Of a DNA stretch of 64,000 nt, positions 20,981 to 30,401 are shown piece after piece. Source of the DNA: a virus (Duplodnaviria > Caudoviricetes); IMG/VR virus record IMGVR_UViG_3300036802_000003, positions 1-64,000 of that record; one strand, 5' to 3'. Under the pieces are notes generated by a model. The model saw only the letters and a list, made by a program, of their open reading frames with translations. It was not told the DNA's origin and searched no databases. Made by a program: the position numbers and the translations under genes. Every line of letters begins with the position of its first letter. Positions within the stretch are counted from its first letter, which is position 1.

Positions 20981-20996
20981 CTCTTACAAAACAGAC

Positions 20997-21030
20997 AGAC
21001 ACCTCTACATAGGGGTGTCTTTTGTTTTTT
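20997..21030 (+). terminator. Intrinsic terminator
   Basis: AGACACCTCTA/TAGGGGTGTCT stem followed by T tract. Confidence 0.75.
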
Positions 21031-21069
21031 ACAATTTTATTAGTGTACACTTTCTATGGAGGGGTAAAT

Positions 21070-21561
21070 ATGCATCTTAGCTATCAGGAAGTTAAGAGGA
21101 AGGAGGGCACAATGGGACACTATGTAATGAAAGCATTCGAGGGTTTCGAATGGAAAATCCTAGCGAGCGTTTTTGGAACGGTTGTTGCATATATAGAGGG
21201 ATTCTATACTGAACTAATTTGGTCTTTCTTAGCACTTTTTACACTAGACCTTATTACTGGCATAATGAAATCTAAACGGAACGGTATCCCTATTAGTAGT
21301 AAAAGGCTAAGAGACTCGGTTAGTAAGCTAGGAGCTTACATTATTCTCATTACAGCCCTAATCATAGCTAGTAAGATGGAAACACAGTTCGTTCCAGTAG
21401 TGACACTAGCATACTACTATTTTATTTTTACTGAGTTTAAGTCTATTATTGAAAATGTAGAGGAAATGGGTCTTAAAGTACCTGGATTTTTAAAGTCTAA
21501 GGTAGATGAACAGATACCACAAGACTCTACAGAGGAAGAAAAAGAAAGGGGAGATAGATAA
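21070..21561 (+). CDS. Holin (phage holin 4_1-type), alternative start at 21112
   Basis: Hydrophobic helices; LDLITGI.K...ISSK.L...KL and E.KSIIENV..MG..VP motifs; precedes the endolysin. Confidence 0.85.
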   Translation: MHLSYQEVKRKEGTMGHYVMKAFEGFEWKILASVFGTVVAYIEGFYTELIWSFLALFTLDLITGIMKSKRNGIPISSKRLRDSVSKLGAYIILITALIIASKMETQFVPVVTLAYYYFIFTEFKSIIENVEEMGLKVPGFLKSKVDEQIPQDSTEEEKERGDR

Positions 21562-22589
21562 TGGTAGCATGGAGAGACGACTTTATTCGTATCAACCAGT
21601 ATTCTAGACCAGGTTCTAGTTTGACAGCAGTACGTAAGATTATCTTACATTACACTGCTAACCCAGGTGCTAGTGCCTCTAACCATCAACGTTATTTTAA
21701 TAACCTTACTGACCGTTATGCATCAGCACATTTATTCGTAGACAAGATTGAGGCAATCTGTATTATCCCATTAAGTGAGGTATCTTACCAAGCTAATGAT
21801 GGATCATACAGAGGAGTAGAAGCATTGAAGCCTAATGCTAACTTCCTATCTGTTGGTGTAGAAATGTGTCAAGAGCCAGACGGTAGCTTCCACCCTGATA
21901 CAGTTACCCGTGCAGTAAACGTGTGTGCAGATTTATGTCGTAAGTTCGGTTTATCTGCTGGAGACATCGTACGACATTATGATGTAACTCATAAGTACTG
22001 TCCTGGTCCATATGTAGATAATGCAGCATTATTTACTGCTTTCAAGAATCGTGTAGGTGATGTATTAGGTGGCGGTTCTGGTGGTGGTACAGGTGGAACT
22101 ACTCCTCCTACAGGTGGTGGAACACCAACACCAACAAATGGGGTAGCTACAATCAATGGCACAGGAGTACGCTTACGTAAGGGTCCAGGTACTGGATACG
22201 ATGTTATCCGTACACTAGGTCAAGGAGAAGAGTATGAAGTATTTGCTGAACAAGATGGTTGGTTATGCTTAGGTGGAGACCAATGGGTATACAATGACCC
22301 ATCTTACATCACCTATACTCGTGGTAGCGGAGGTTCTACAGGTGGCTCTACTGGTGGTTCTGGTTCTACTAACGCTGGTAAACGAGTAGTATCAAAAGTG
22401 GATGGCTTAAACTTCTACAGCAGACCTACATGGGATAAAACTTATGTGGTTGGTCAGTGTAACACAGGTGAAGGCTTTACTATTATTACTAAAGTTCCTG
22501 TAGATGACTCATATCAGTACAAAGTACAGAACTCCAAGGGTGCAACTTATTATATCACTGCTAGTCCTACTTATGTGGAGATTAGATAG
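21561..22589 (+). CDS. Endolysin: N-acetylmuramoyl-L-alanine amidase (Amidase_2) with SH3b-like and C-terminal cell-wall-binding domains
   Basis: IILHYTAN, SAHLFVD, GVEMC, RHYDVTHKYCPG; Gly/Thr linkers; VRLRKGPGTGY. Confidence 0.92.
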   Translation: MVAWRDDFIRINQYSRPGSSLTAVRKIILHYTANPGASASNHQRYFNNLTDRYASAHLFVDKIEAICIIPLSEVSYQANDGSYRGVEALKPNANFLSVGVEMCQEPDGSFHPDTVTRAVNVCADLCRKFGLSAGDIVRHYDVTHKYCPGPYVDNAALFTAFKNRVGDVLGGGSGGGTGGTTPPTGGGTPTPTNGVATINGTGVRLRKGPGTGYDVIRTLGQGEEYEVFAEQDGWLCLGGDQWVYNDPSYITYTRGSGGSTGGSTGGSGSTNAGKRVVSKVDGLNFYSRPTWDKTYVVGQCNTGEGFTIITKVPVDDSYQYKVQNSKGATYYITASPTYVEIR

Positions 22590-22600
22590 GAGGGCTTTAA

Positions 22601-22957
22601 ATGAATTTGTTAGACGTAGTAACACAAATTGGTGCTGAGGTAGTCACTATTCTAGTGGGTGCCTTAGTAGCATTAGTATTAGATCAAGGTAGACGTTTAT
22701 TGAAACGAGCTAAACAGAAGGATGAACTTGGTATCATTGATTCTATCACTGACCAAGTGGTGCAATATGCTGAAGCCGAGCTAAAAGGTAAGAAAGGTAT
22801 TGAGAAACGTGATTGGGCGGTTGACCAAGCCTTACACATTTTAGCGACTAAAGGTATACACTTGAGTCAGGAAGAAGTTATTGCAGGAATTGAGAATGGT
22901 GTACGGAAGTTGAAGAGTCAAGATGACCTTTCAATAGACGGTTTGAGCCAGCGATAG
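22601..22957 (+). CDS. Second holin (LL-H family-like)
   Basis: Single N-terminal TM helix; V.YAE...G.EK...A and IE..V motifs. Confidence 0.75.
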   Translation: MNLLDVVTQIGAEVVTILVGALVALVLDQGRRLLKRAKQKDELGIIDSITDQVVQYAEAELKGKKGIEKRDWAVDQALHILATKGIHLSQEEVIAGIENGVRKLKSQDDLSIDGLSQR

Positions 22958-22963
22958 CTACCC

Positions 22964-22998
22964 AAAAAACCCTTGAATTAGACGATTCAAGGGTTTTT
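22964..22998. terminator. Terminator ending the late/lysis transcript (A/T tracts on both sides)
   Basis: AAAAAACCCTTGAAT/ATTCAAGGGTTTTT. Confidence 0.85.
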
Positions 22999-23166
22999 CT
23001 ATGTCCGAAATTTGGAGGAAATTCACCTAGAACATTACTAGGAGCCTATTTTGTCAAAGTCACCGCTATGGCTCTATATGAAAAACCTCTGAAGAAAAAA
23101 GAAATGAGGAAAGAAGGTGAAAACTCTATTTGGGGTGGTTATTTTAAATAGGAAATAAATTCGGAG

Positions 23167-24642
23167 GTGTTACATATGGCGGTTATCGAAATAGGTAATT
23201 TACACTCAACGGTCATTGATGCTAGTGCAAAGAGTTTAAAGTTGGTTGATACTACACTATCGGTAGAAACTCCAGGATACCAGTTCACTCCATTGTATAG
23301 AAATGGAACATGGGATGGACAGACGAGGTTCTTCAGCATGAAGACTAAGAAGTTTCCTAGCGGTTTATTATCCAAGGTTGTGTGGGCACTCGAAAAAGCA
23401 GGGGAAACGGTAGAGATAGTTGACAAACGAAAATCAATAGAAGTCTCTATCCCAGAGGAAATACAGCTAAAAGATGAGAAGATTGGTCACATTACTTTAC
23501 GTAATTATCAGTATGATGCTGTAAAAGATGCATTCAAGGCTACTAGAGGTATCGTAAATGTTGCTACTAATGGTGGGAAGACTGAGATAGCAGCAGGTAT
23601 CATAAAACATGTTGTACCTAGCCTTAAATCAGACCAGCGAGTACTATTCTTTACTCACTCCAAGGAGATATTCTCACAGTCTCATAAGAGACTAGAAGAA
23701 AGACTAGGCATGAAGGTTGGTAGAATTGGTACTGGTGTGTGGGATGTTCAGCAGGTAAATGTTGTAATGATACCAACTGTATCTAAGTACCTAAATCCTA
23801 AAAAGATTCCAAAGAATATGAACAAGGAGAAATACCTAGATACATGTAAAGCAACTGCTGAGTTACTTAAATCTTGTTACTGCTTCCTAGGGGATGAGGC
23901 ACATCACTCATCATCTGATACTTGGTATAAACTGTTCATGAAACTGACTAACGCATACTTCAGATTTGGTTTAACTGGTACTGTAGATGAGTCTAATCAG
24001 ATTAATGTGAAGAGACTATTAGGATGTACTGGAAGAATAGTTATTAAGATATCTAACGATTTCTTAATCCAACAAGGATTCTCTGCCAAACCAACAATCT
24101 ATATGTTACCAGTAGATACTGATGTGATTGAGGATGAAACGTATTCTGACTCTCGTAAGCTGGGTATCATCTCTAATGTAGACAGAAACACGGTGTTAGC
24201 TGATAAGGTCAGTGAGAGGGTGGATTTCGGGAAACAGTGTTTAATTATTGTGAACGAAACCGAACATGGAGACATCGTATCTGAACTGTTGGAACAATAT
24301 GAGATAGACCACAGGTTTGTTCATGGAGACAGAACTACTAAGTTTAGAGAGTCTGCTTTAGAGGACTTTAAGAATGGAGAGTTCCCTGTAATGATAGCTA
24401 CATCCATACTGGATGAAGGTGTTGATATCTCTGGTATCAACTGTCTATTCCTAGCTGCTGGTGGGAAGTCAATGAGACAACTGTTACAAAGGATTGGTAG
24501 GGGTCTAAGAAAGAAAGCTGATGGTTCAGGTATTGAGGTCTATGACTTCTTGGATTACCACAATGAATACTTAGCTGAACACACTCTAGACCGCTATGAA
24601 ACATACAAAAATGAAGCGTTCCATATAGTGAAACTGGACTGA
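23167..24642 (+). CDS. Superfamily 2 DNA helicase (UvsW/RadD-like)
   Basis: ATNGGKT, DEAH, GLTGT, ILDEGVDI, QRIGRGLR. Confidence 0.92.
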   Translation: MLHMAVIEIGNLHSTVIDASAKSLKLVDTTLSVETPGYQFTPLYRNGTWDGQTRFFSMKTKKFPSGLLSKVVWALEKAGETVEIVDKRKSIEVSIPEEIQLKDEKIGHITLRNYQYDAVKDAFKATRGIVNVATNGGKTEIAAGIIKHVVPSLKSDQRVLFFTHSKEIFSQSHKRLEERLGMKVGRIGTGVWDVQQVNVVMIPTVSKYLNPKKIPKNMNKEKYLDTCKATAELLKSCYCFLGDEAHHSSSDTWYKLFMKLTNAYFRFGLTGTVDESNQINVKRLLGCTGRIVIKISNDFLIQQGFSAKPTIYMLPVDTDVIEDETYSDSRKLGIISNVDRNTVLADKVSERVDFGKQCLIIVNETEHGDIVSELLEQYEIDHRFVHGDRTTKFRESALEDFKNGEFPVMIATSILDEGVDISGINCLFLAAGGKSMRQLLQRIGRGLRKKADGSGIEVYDFLDYHNEYLAEHTLDRYETYKNEAFHIVKLD

Positions 24643-24699
24643 GAAGTCCAGTTTTCTGTATGAAAAGGACACTGCTGGTACTGGTTCTCCTATGTGGTG

Positions 24700-24830
24700 G
24701 AATTTAATTTTTAGTTACTAACGTAACTAAAAATTATAAAAAGTATATTTATTTATAAATAAGTCTTAAAAGTAGAGAAAAGTTTAAAGGTTTACTTTTA
24801 AATAATTAAAAAATTTAAAGAAAAAAGGGA
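24700..24830. other. AT-rich intergenic island with a 14-bp inverted repeat; candidate replication origin
   Basis: TAATTTTTAGTTAC-taac-GTAACTAAAAATTA (24705-24736) followed by a near-pure A/T tract, between replication genes. Confidence 0.45.
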
Positions 24831-24895
24831 GGCAAAAGCCCTATGCTCCGTAGTCCGAGAGGGCGTTCAACGGACAGCTTTTATATGAGAGGACA

Positions 24896-25684
24896 GTGTT
24901 TAGTATGGCAAAAAGGAAACCAAGGGTTATAAAGAGGGTACCTATCATACGGAAAGCTATAATCCTACCGCAAGAAGTAAAAGCATACTTGAAACTGTTA
25001 CAATTGCAGGAGGAAACTAGGGAGGATGATATCTTAGAGATTGTCAGACATTATGAGATGTTGGCACGAAAGGTAATAGGAAAGGCTGGCTACTGTGTAG
25101 TATCTCCCAAAGAGCCTACTAAAAGCAAGAGATGGATACACTTTGAAAGAGTGTACGAGGTATGTAGAATGCAACACTGGGATGGGAAATTATATATTGA
25201 ATCCCAGTTTAAGAGGTTAGGCGGAGTGCCGATGGCTCATATGATGTACTCTGTTGCAGCTATGAGATACTTCACGAACTATCTGGCGAACATAAAACGT
25301 ATGTCAGAGAAGGACGTGGGAGGCAAGAAAAAAGAAAAAGGAAGACGAACTCTCAGCGGTAGAGAAGAAGTGATTGAGGGTGTAATCACCTCTGCGGAGG
25401 TTCTTAACACCTACATCAGTAAATCTATTATGGATGACAAGGCTCAGTACAAGGCTATCAAGATATACCAGGCTTGGAGAGAACTGTCACCATACTACCT
25501 ATGGTCAGTGCCTTGGTTCCATGACGTGGTATCCACAATGACAGGCGAATCCAATAGGGAGAAGCTGGTTATGAAGGAGTTTAACATGATTCACGAGACC
25601 AAAAGCCTACAGGAACTTATAAGAAAGACTGTGACAGAGGTAGAGTCCTACTTTAATATTCCTCCTAACATCGCACTGGGATAG
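24896..25684 (+). CDS. Hypothetical replication protein (possible helicase loader/initiator)
   Basis: Basic 262-aa ORF directly upstream of the DnaB-like helicase; function inferred from position only. Confidence 0.5.
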   Translation: MFSMAKRKPRVIKRVPIIRKAIILPQEVKAYLKLLQLQEETREDDILEIVRHYEMLARKVIGKAGYCVVSPKEPTKSKRWIHFERVYEVCRMQHWDGKLYIESQFKRLGGVPMAHMMYSVAAMRYFTNYLANIKRMSEKDVGGKKKEKGRRTLSGREEVIEGVITSAEVLNTYISKSIMDDKAQYKAIKIYQAWRELSPYYLWSVPWFHDVVSTMTGESNREKLVMKEFNMIHETKSLQELIRKTVTEVESYFNIPPNIALG

Positions 25685-25686
25685 GC

Positions 25687-25727
25687 AAGAGAGGACTTTT
25701 GTGGTCTTCTCTTTTATTAAGTCGGAG
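25687..25727 (+). promoter_or_regulatory. Putative phage middle promoter
   Basis: AAGAGA-N19-TTTTATT-AAGTCGGAG. Confidence 0.55.
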
Positions 25728-25754
25728 GACAGTTTGAAGGGGGTAGCGTATTGC

Positions 25755-27086
25755 ATGCCTGAAACATATGAATTTTCAGAATCGTTCCAGTCGAAGATAC
25801 TGGCACTAATGGCACGTGACAAAGTTTTTTACATCACATTTAGAGAGGTACTTAAACCTAAGTTCCTTAGAAAAGACATCCATATTGACATGGCTCGTAT
25901 CATTCAGGAACACTATGAACGAGAGGCAGACCGTTCTACTAAGAAGGGCACTGAGGTTAACCCTCCAACTACAGAGGTACTTTGGGAAGAGGTAAGGAAA
26001 CTTACCAGCAATAACAAACTTAAAGCCAAGATTAAAGACCAATATGAAGATTGTATATTTGATATATATGAAGCTGACTTGTCAGATGCAGAATATATAA
26101 AGGATAACGTCATTGCCTTTGGTAGGCGTTCCGCAATAGAACAGGCTATCTGGGACTCTGTAGGTCTACTAGAAAAAGGCTCACCAGAGGACTTCAATAA
26201 GATAGAAGACCTTGTAGGTAAAGCCCTTAGGATAGGAGAAGATATAGGTGACCTTGGTACGGATTACTATTCAAATGCTCAAGAACGTATTGAGAACTAT
26301 CGTGAAGGTACGGATGGTGTTCGTAGGATTCCGACAGGCATAGGTGGAGTAGACAAGATTCTACATGGAGGTCTTGGTGGTGGAGAGTTAGGGGTAGTTA
26401 TCGCACCTCCTAACCGTGGTAAATCTATTGCACTGATTAACATTGGTGCAGGAGCAATACTAGAAGGGTACAACGTAGTGCACTTCACACTAGAGATGCC
26501 AGAGAAACAGGTAACTAAGCGTTATGACCAACGCTTAATGGGTAAATCATTCGAGTATATGAAAGAGAACCCAGATAAGATACTTAAAGCTATCATGAAT
26601 ATGCAGAAGACTAAGAGAGGTCAACTGTTCGTTAAGAAGTACAAGACCAATGACTGTACAGTACACACAATGCGTTCATACCTTACTAGGTTATGGATGG
26701 AGAAAGGCATTAAGCCTGACGTTATTATTGTTGATTATGGTGACCTTGTACAACCACGTAGAACCTACTCTGATAAGCGTTTCGAGTTAGAGTCTGTGTA
26801 CTTAGATTTACGTGACTTAGCAGCAGAGTATGACTGTCCAGTGTGGACTGCATCACAGGCTAACCGTGGAGCACTAGACAAGAAGGTTATCACAATTGGG
26901 GACTTAGCAGAGGCATTCAATAAGGCTAACATTGCAGACTTTATGATGGCTCTATGTCAGACTACAGAAGAAAAAGAAGATGGCGAAATGCGTATATACA
27001 TCTCCAAGCATAGGGATGGTGAAGCCAACCTTACAATTAATAATGAGATTGACTACGCTACGATGACCTTGAGTTCATACGAATAG
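25755..27086 (+). CDS. dnaB: DnaB-like replicative helicase
   Basis: APPNRGKS Walker A, HFTLEM, IIVDYGDL, WTASQANR, KHRDG; start reassigned to ATG 25755 after RBS GAAGGGGG. Confidence 0.92.
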   Translation: MPETYEFSESFQSKILALMARDKVFYITFREVLKPKFLRKDIHIDMARIIQEHYEREADRSTKKGTEVNPPTTEVLWEEVRKLTSNNKLKAKIKDQYEDCIFDIYEADLSDAEYIKDNVIAFGRRSAIEQAIWDSVGLLEKGSPEDFNKIEDLVGKALRIGEDIGDLGTDYYSNAQERIENYREGTDGVRRIPTGIGGVDKILHGGLGGGELGVVIAPPNRGKSIALINIGAGAILEGYNVVHFTLEMPEKQVTKRYDQRLMGKSFEYMKENPDKILKAIMNMQKTKRGQLFVKKYKTNDCTVHTMRSYLTRLWMEKGIKPDVIIVDYGDLVQPRRTYSDKRFELESVYLDLRDLAAEYDCPVWTASQANRGALDKKVITIGDLAEAFNKANIADFMMALCQTTEEKEDGEMRIYISKHRDGEANLTINNEIDYATMTLSSYE

Positions 27087-27097
27087 GGAGGATTAAT

Positions 27098-27391
27098 ATG
27101 GTAATAGTGATGGAGAAAGAACCACCATTAAAGCTACTGGGTAAAGAGGGGGCAGACTTAGACTACTGGAGTTACGTAGGATTTATAGCCGAGAATCCTA
27201 TGTTGGTACAGGTGATGTGTAGTGAATGCTATTCCAAGAGTATAACTATTAGGTCTATTCTAGATGGAAAGACATTGTGTTCTAACAATATAACTGTCAC
27301 TATGAAGGCTATCAAAACTACTGAAGGTATGTTTTATCTAGGTGGTTGTCCAGATTGTGGCACTATCTACTGGGGAAAGGGGAATAGCTAA
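27098..27391 (+). CDS. Zn-ribbon hypothetical protein
   Basis: CSEC and CPDC pairs; RBS GGGAGG. Confidence 0.65.
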   Translation: MVIVMEKEPPLKLLGKEGADLDYWSYVGFIAENPMLVQVMCSECYSKSITIRSILDGKTLCSNNITVTMKAIKTTEGMFYLGGCPDCGTIYWGKGNS

Positions 27392-27606
27392 TGTTAGAGC
27401 ATGGGTACACTTTAAAGGAGCATTTCGGAGCTATTGTAGGAATGCTTAGAGAGAAGACAGTGGAAAGCTATGATATTGTTATGAGAAGTGAGACTGCTCA
27501 CTTTGAGGACTACTTAAAGAAGGAACGTATCAAGTATAGCAAAACCGTTAGCTACGGTAAAGGCATTGGGGAACCCCCTATTAACACCTTTAGACTGGAG
27601 GAATAA
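27391..27606 (+). CDS. Hypothetical protein
   Basis: Translationally coupled 71-aa ORF. Confidence 0.6.
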   Translation: MLEHGYTLKEHFGAIVGMLREKTVESYDIVMRSETAHFEDYLKKERIKYSKTVSYGKGIGEPPINTFRLEE

Positions 27607-27609
27607 ATA

Positions 27610-28161
27610 ATGAATTGTCCAAGTTGTAAAAAGCGTGGGCACAACGTAGAGGTTATCAACAGTGGTAACCTCTATCGTTGTTTAAGATGCTTAAAAGATA
27701 CCACGGAGAAGGAATTCAAAGATTCCCTTTCTTTAAAGGGAAGGGGCAAGGTTCTGTTGTGTACCATACATGGGAGAACGGTTGTACCTGAAGCTGACAT
27801 ACAATTATTAGCGGTAGGGAAACCTAAAGGACGAACGTACTTCCAGTGGTGGGAACATAAGCCAGGGCTAGCTCCTACTAGGGAACTTGTCACCTTCACA
27901 AAGGAACACAATAGAAAAGGTAGACTTGATGGGTGGTTTGAACGCTACACTGAAAGCTTACTAGAAGAATGGGAAGAGCGTGGAGACTTCTTTGCACAGT
28001 TTAGTGAACTAATTAATTGGCTGACAGAAGGTAAGACAGTGGCGATAGCTTGTTACTGTGATCATCATAAGCGACCTGTGTGTCACTTGAGCATTTTGAG
28101 AGGTTTAATAGAGGACTTTGGTTTTACTGTAGAAGAGGCAGAACCAATAGAATATAAATAG
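27610..28161 (+). CDS. Zn-ribbon + DUF488-like protein
   Basis: CPSC/CLRC; LAPTREL...F.RY; V.IACYC......CH..IL. Confidence 0.6.
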   Translation: MNCPSCKKRGHNVEVINSGNLYRCLRCLKDTTEKEFKDSLSLKGRGKVLLCTIHGRTVVPEADIQLLAVGKPKGRTYFQWWEHKPGLAPTRELVTFTKEHNRKGRLDGWFERYTESLLEEWEERGDFFAQFSELINWLTEGKTVAIACYCDHHKRPVCHLSILRGLIEDFGFTVEEAEPIEYK

Positions 28162-28172
28162 GAGGGTACAAA

Positions 28173-28532
28173 ATGGATATGGTGCGTATCGAATTAAACG
28201 AGATGCGTAAGGGAACTATTAAGGGATTTATTGATGCTTGGTCAGACGTAGAAGACAGAGACGCTACGGACTGGGGTATAAAGGCTGGTTTAGGTTGGGT
28301 AGTACGCAAGCTACAGATTAATGAAATTATTTATGAAGTGGGTAATTTCACTATAGAAATCCCATTAGTATTAGTTAATGAATGTAGGAAAGAGTGGAGA
28401 GAAAACTCCATAAACGCCTATTGGAATCTGGGTTATGCCAGAGCTATATTTTCAGTGTTTTCTACTCTAGGCTTACAAATGAGACATGATGAAGAAGCTA
28501 TTGAATGTATACTAGATTACTACAATAAATAG
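28173..28532 (+). CDS. Hypothetical protein
   Basis: 119-aa ORF with RBS AGGAGG. Confidence 0.65.
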   Translation: MDMVRIELNEMRKGTIKGFIDAWSDVEDRDATDWGIKAGLGWVVRKLQINEIIYEVGNFTIEIPLVLVNECRKEWRENSINAYWNLGYARAIFSVFSTLGLQMRHDEEAIECILDYYNK

Positions 28533-28543
28533 GAGATGATATT

Positions 28544-29602
28544 ATGTTATACGCAGTATCAGCAGATATCCATGGACACATTTATCCAGAACACAATAAG
28601 CCTTCAGACTTTACAGGGTCTACAAGGCTTGATAATATAGTTCTTTCATTGAGATACAAGAAACAGTATTGTTTGGACAACAATATTAAACATATGATGA
28701 TTGCTGGAGACTTATATCACCAGAGAGCAAGAGTACATACAGTGGTTTACAACAGTCTGCGTGATGAAATTAAAGCTATTGGTGAAGCAGGTATTGAAGT
28801 GCTGATGATACCAGGTAACCATGACCAGATAGATAACAGTGACTTACCCCAACACTCCTTACACTCATTTAAGGAATTGGATAATATAACTGTTGTAGAT
28901 GACTTCCGTGTGGTAAGGTTTGGGGATTCTGATGTAGTGTGTGCCCCCTATAGCAAAAACGCACAGATGGTTAAGGACTTTATTATGTCTGTACCAGATG
29001 ACTTGCAGAACCCTATCCTATTAGCCCACTTAGGTGTTAGTGGTGGGTTTGTAGGTAATGGTAACTTCCCTATGGCTGACGCCTTTAAGGTGGAGGACTT
29101 GAGACCTGATTATTTCAAGTATGTGTTCCTAGGTCACTTCCACAAATACCAGTTACTAGGAGGACATCCTCATGTAATGTACGTAGGGTCTCCACTAGAG
29201 CATAGTCACGGAGATGAGGGTGAGGATAAAGGATTTGTAGTAGCAGATACTAGTAAACGCTTTGATGCTAAACTAATGCCAATCCCTAACCCTAAGTTCA
29301 TAACTCTAGAGGCTGATGCTATCCATGATGGAGATGAGTTAAAGAGACACGCTGAACTAGGTAACTACCTACGCTTTGAGCTTAATGCTGAAGATGCAGG
29401 ACACCTATCATCCATAGCCCCTTCTAACTTGCTGTATAAGGTTATCCTAAAGAAAGAATACCAGGCAGAGGTAAGAGTCCCTGTTAAAATAGGGATGAGC
29501 TTTGAGGATATTATAACTAAGTACTCTGAGGAATATAACCCAGATGCACTGGACGTAGGGTTAGAGATACTTCAGAAGGTACAGCAAGCGAAAGGGGTGT
29601 AA
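28544..29602 (+). CDS. sbcD: SbcD/Mre11-like metallophosphoesterase nuclease
   Basis: ADIH, AGDLYH, PGNHD, LAH, GHFH, YVGSP. Confidence 0.92.
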   Translation: MLYAVSADIHGHIYPEHNKPSDFTGSTRLDNIVLSLRYKKQYCLDNNIKHMMIAGDLYHQRARVHTVVYNSLRDEIKAIGEAGIEVLMIPGNHDQIDNSDLPQHSLHSFKELDNITVVDDFRVVRFGDSDVVCAPYSKNAQMVKDFIMSVPDDLQNPILLAHLGVSGGFVGNGNFPMADAFKVEDLRPDYFKYVFLGHFHKYQLLGGHPHVMYVGSPLEHSHGDEGEDKGFVVADTSKRFDAKLMPIPNPKFITLEADAIHDGDELKRHAELGNYLRFELNAEDAGHLSSIAPSNLLYKVILKKEYQAEVRVPVKIGMSFEDIITKYSEEYNPDALDVGLEILQKVQQAKGV

Positions 29603-29605
29603 ACG

Positions 29606-29986
29606 ATGTGTACTACTTGTGTACGTCAACCTGTCAAAGTTAAGCGTAAGGCTATTACCTACTTCACAGAGAGAGGAATAGGGAATGGTAAGTGGTTCGC
29701 CTTTCCTATTCCAGAGGATGAGAGACCTCCTAGGCTATCTAGGAAATTAAAGAATAATGAGAAACATATATGGTGTCCTTGGTGTGCTGACTTCACAATA
29801 TATAAGAAGGGTCGTTCAGACACTAACTACAATTGTACTGGTTGGTGTGGTTGGGGTAACACTGGAGAGTTTTATGTAAACAAGTATAATGACCTTTGGT
29901 TTGATGATGTACCCACAGCAGACCTTAAAAAAGTAACAATGCCAGCTCCAGCTAAACCTAGAGGTGGTAAGAAGCGGAGGGGTTAA
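29606..29986 (+). CDS. Cys-rich hypothetical protein
   Basis: WCPWC and CTGWCG motifs. Confidence 0.6.
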   Translation: MCTTCVRQPVKVKRKAITYFTERGIGNGKWFAFPIPEDERPPRLSRKLKNNEKHIWCPWCADFTIYKKGRSDTNYNCTGWCGWGNTGEFYVNKYNDLWFDDVPTADLKKVTMPAPAKPRGGKKRRG

Positions 29987-30230
29987 GTTGAAGATAGTTA
30001 AACAGGAAAAGGATAAAGTCATCGTGGAACTAGACCCTATGGAAGCAGAAATGTTCCAAAAGAGTATGGTAAGACATAGCAAGATGCTTAATAACAAGTG
30101 GGACTCACTTGAAACTAAATACCCTGAAGAGATACTATATCATGCTGCTAGAAAGGACAGAGCCGATGGCTTGAAGCGTAAGTTCGGTCTAGTAGTTAAT
30201 AGATTTAGGGAATGGGGAGTCCTAAAGTAG
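29964..30230 (+). CDS. Hypothetical protein (true start may be TTG near 29988)
   Basis: ORF track; GGAGGGG RBS precedes a TTG. Confidence 0.5.
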   Translation: MVRSGGVKLKIVKQEKDKVIVELDPMEAEMFQKSMVRHSKMLNNKWDSLETKYPEEILYHAARKDRADGLKRKFGLVVNRFREWGVLK

Positions 30231-30302
30231 CGGTTGAGAAAATTCTCAATCGCTTTCTTTTTTATTTGTGAAGGGCGATTGACATACGAGAAGGTGGGAG
30301 AC

Positions 30303-30401
30303 ATGGGTATTGTAGAGTTCATACTAGAACTGATTGGGTGTATCCTGGATTTATTAGGTGCAATATTTGAAGGTAGTAAAAAGGAGGAAGAAGACGAATG
30401 A
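30303..30401 (+). CDS. Small hydrophobic peptide, 32 aa (MGIVEFILELIGCILDLLGAIFEGSKKEEEDE); not in the ORF track
   Basis: Translated by hand; RBS AAGGTGG; stop overlaps the sbcC start (ATGA). Confidence 0.55.
   Translation: MGIVEFILELIGCILDLLGAIFEGSKKEEEDE

Noticed and set aside
22070-22370. GGT/GGTTCT-rich repeats in the endolysin (similar ones at 730-800)
   Set aside because: They encode ordinary Gly/Ser/Thr linkers, not DNA-level repeats
24660-24707. 15-aa hydrophobic ORF MKRTLLVLVLLCGGI
   Set aside because: No RBS, starts immediately after a terminator hairpin, too short to support
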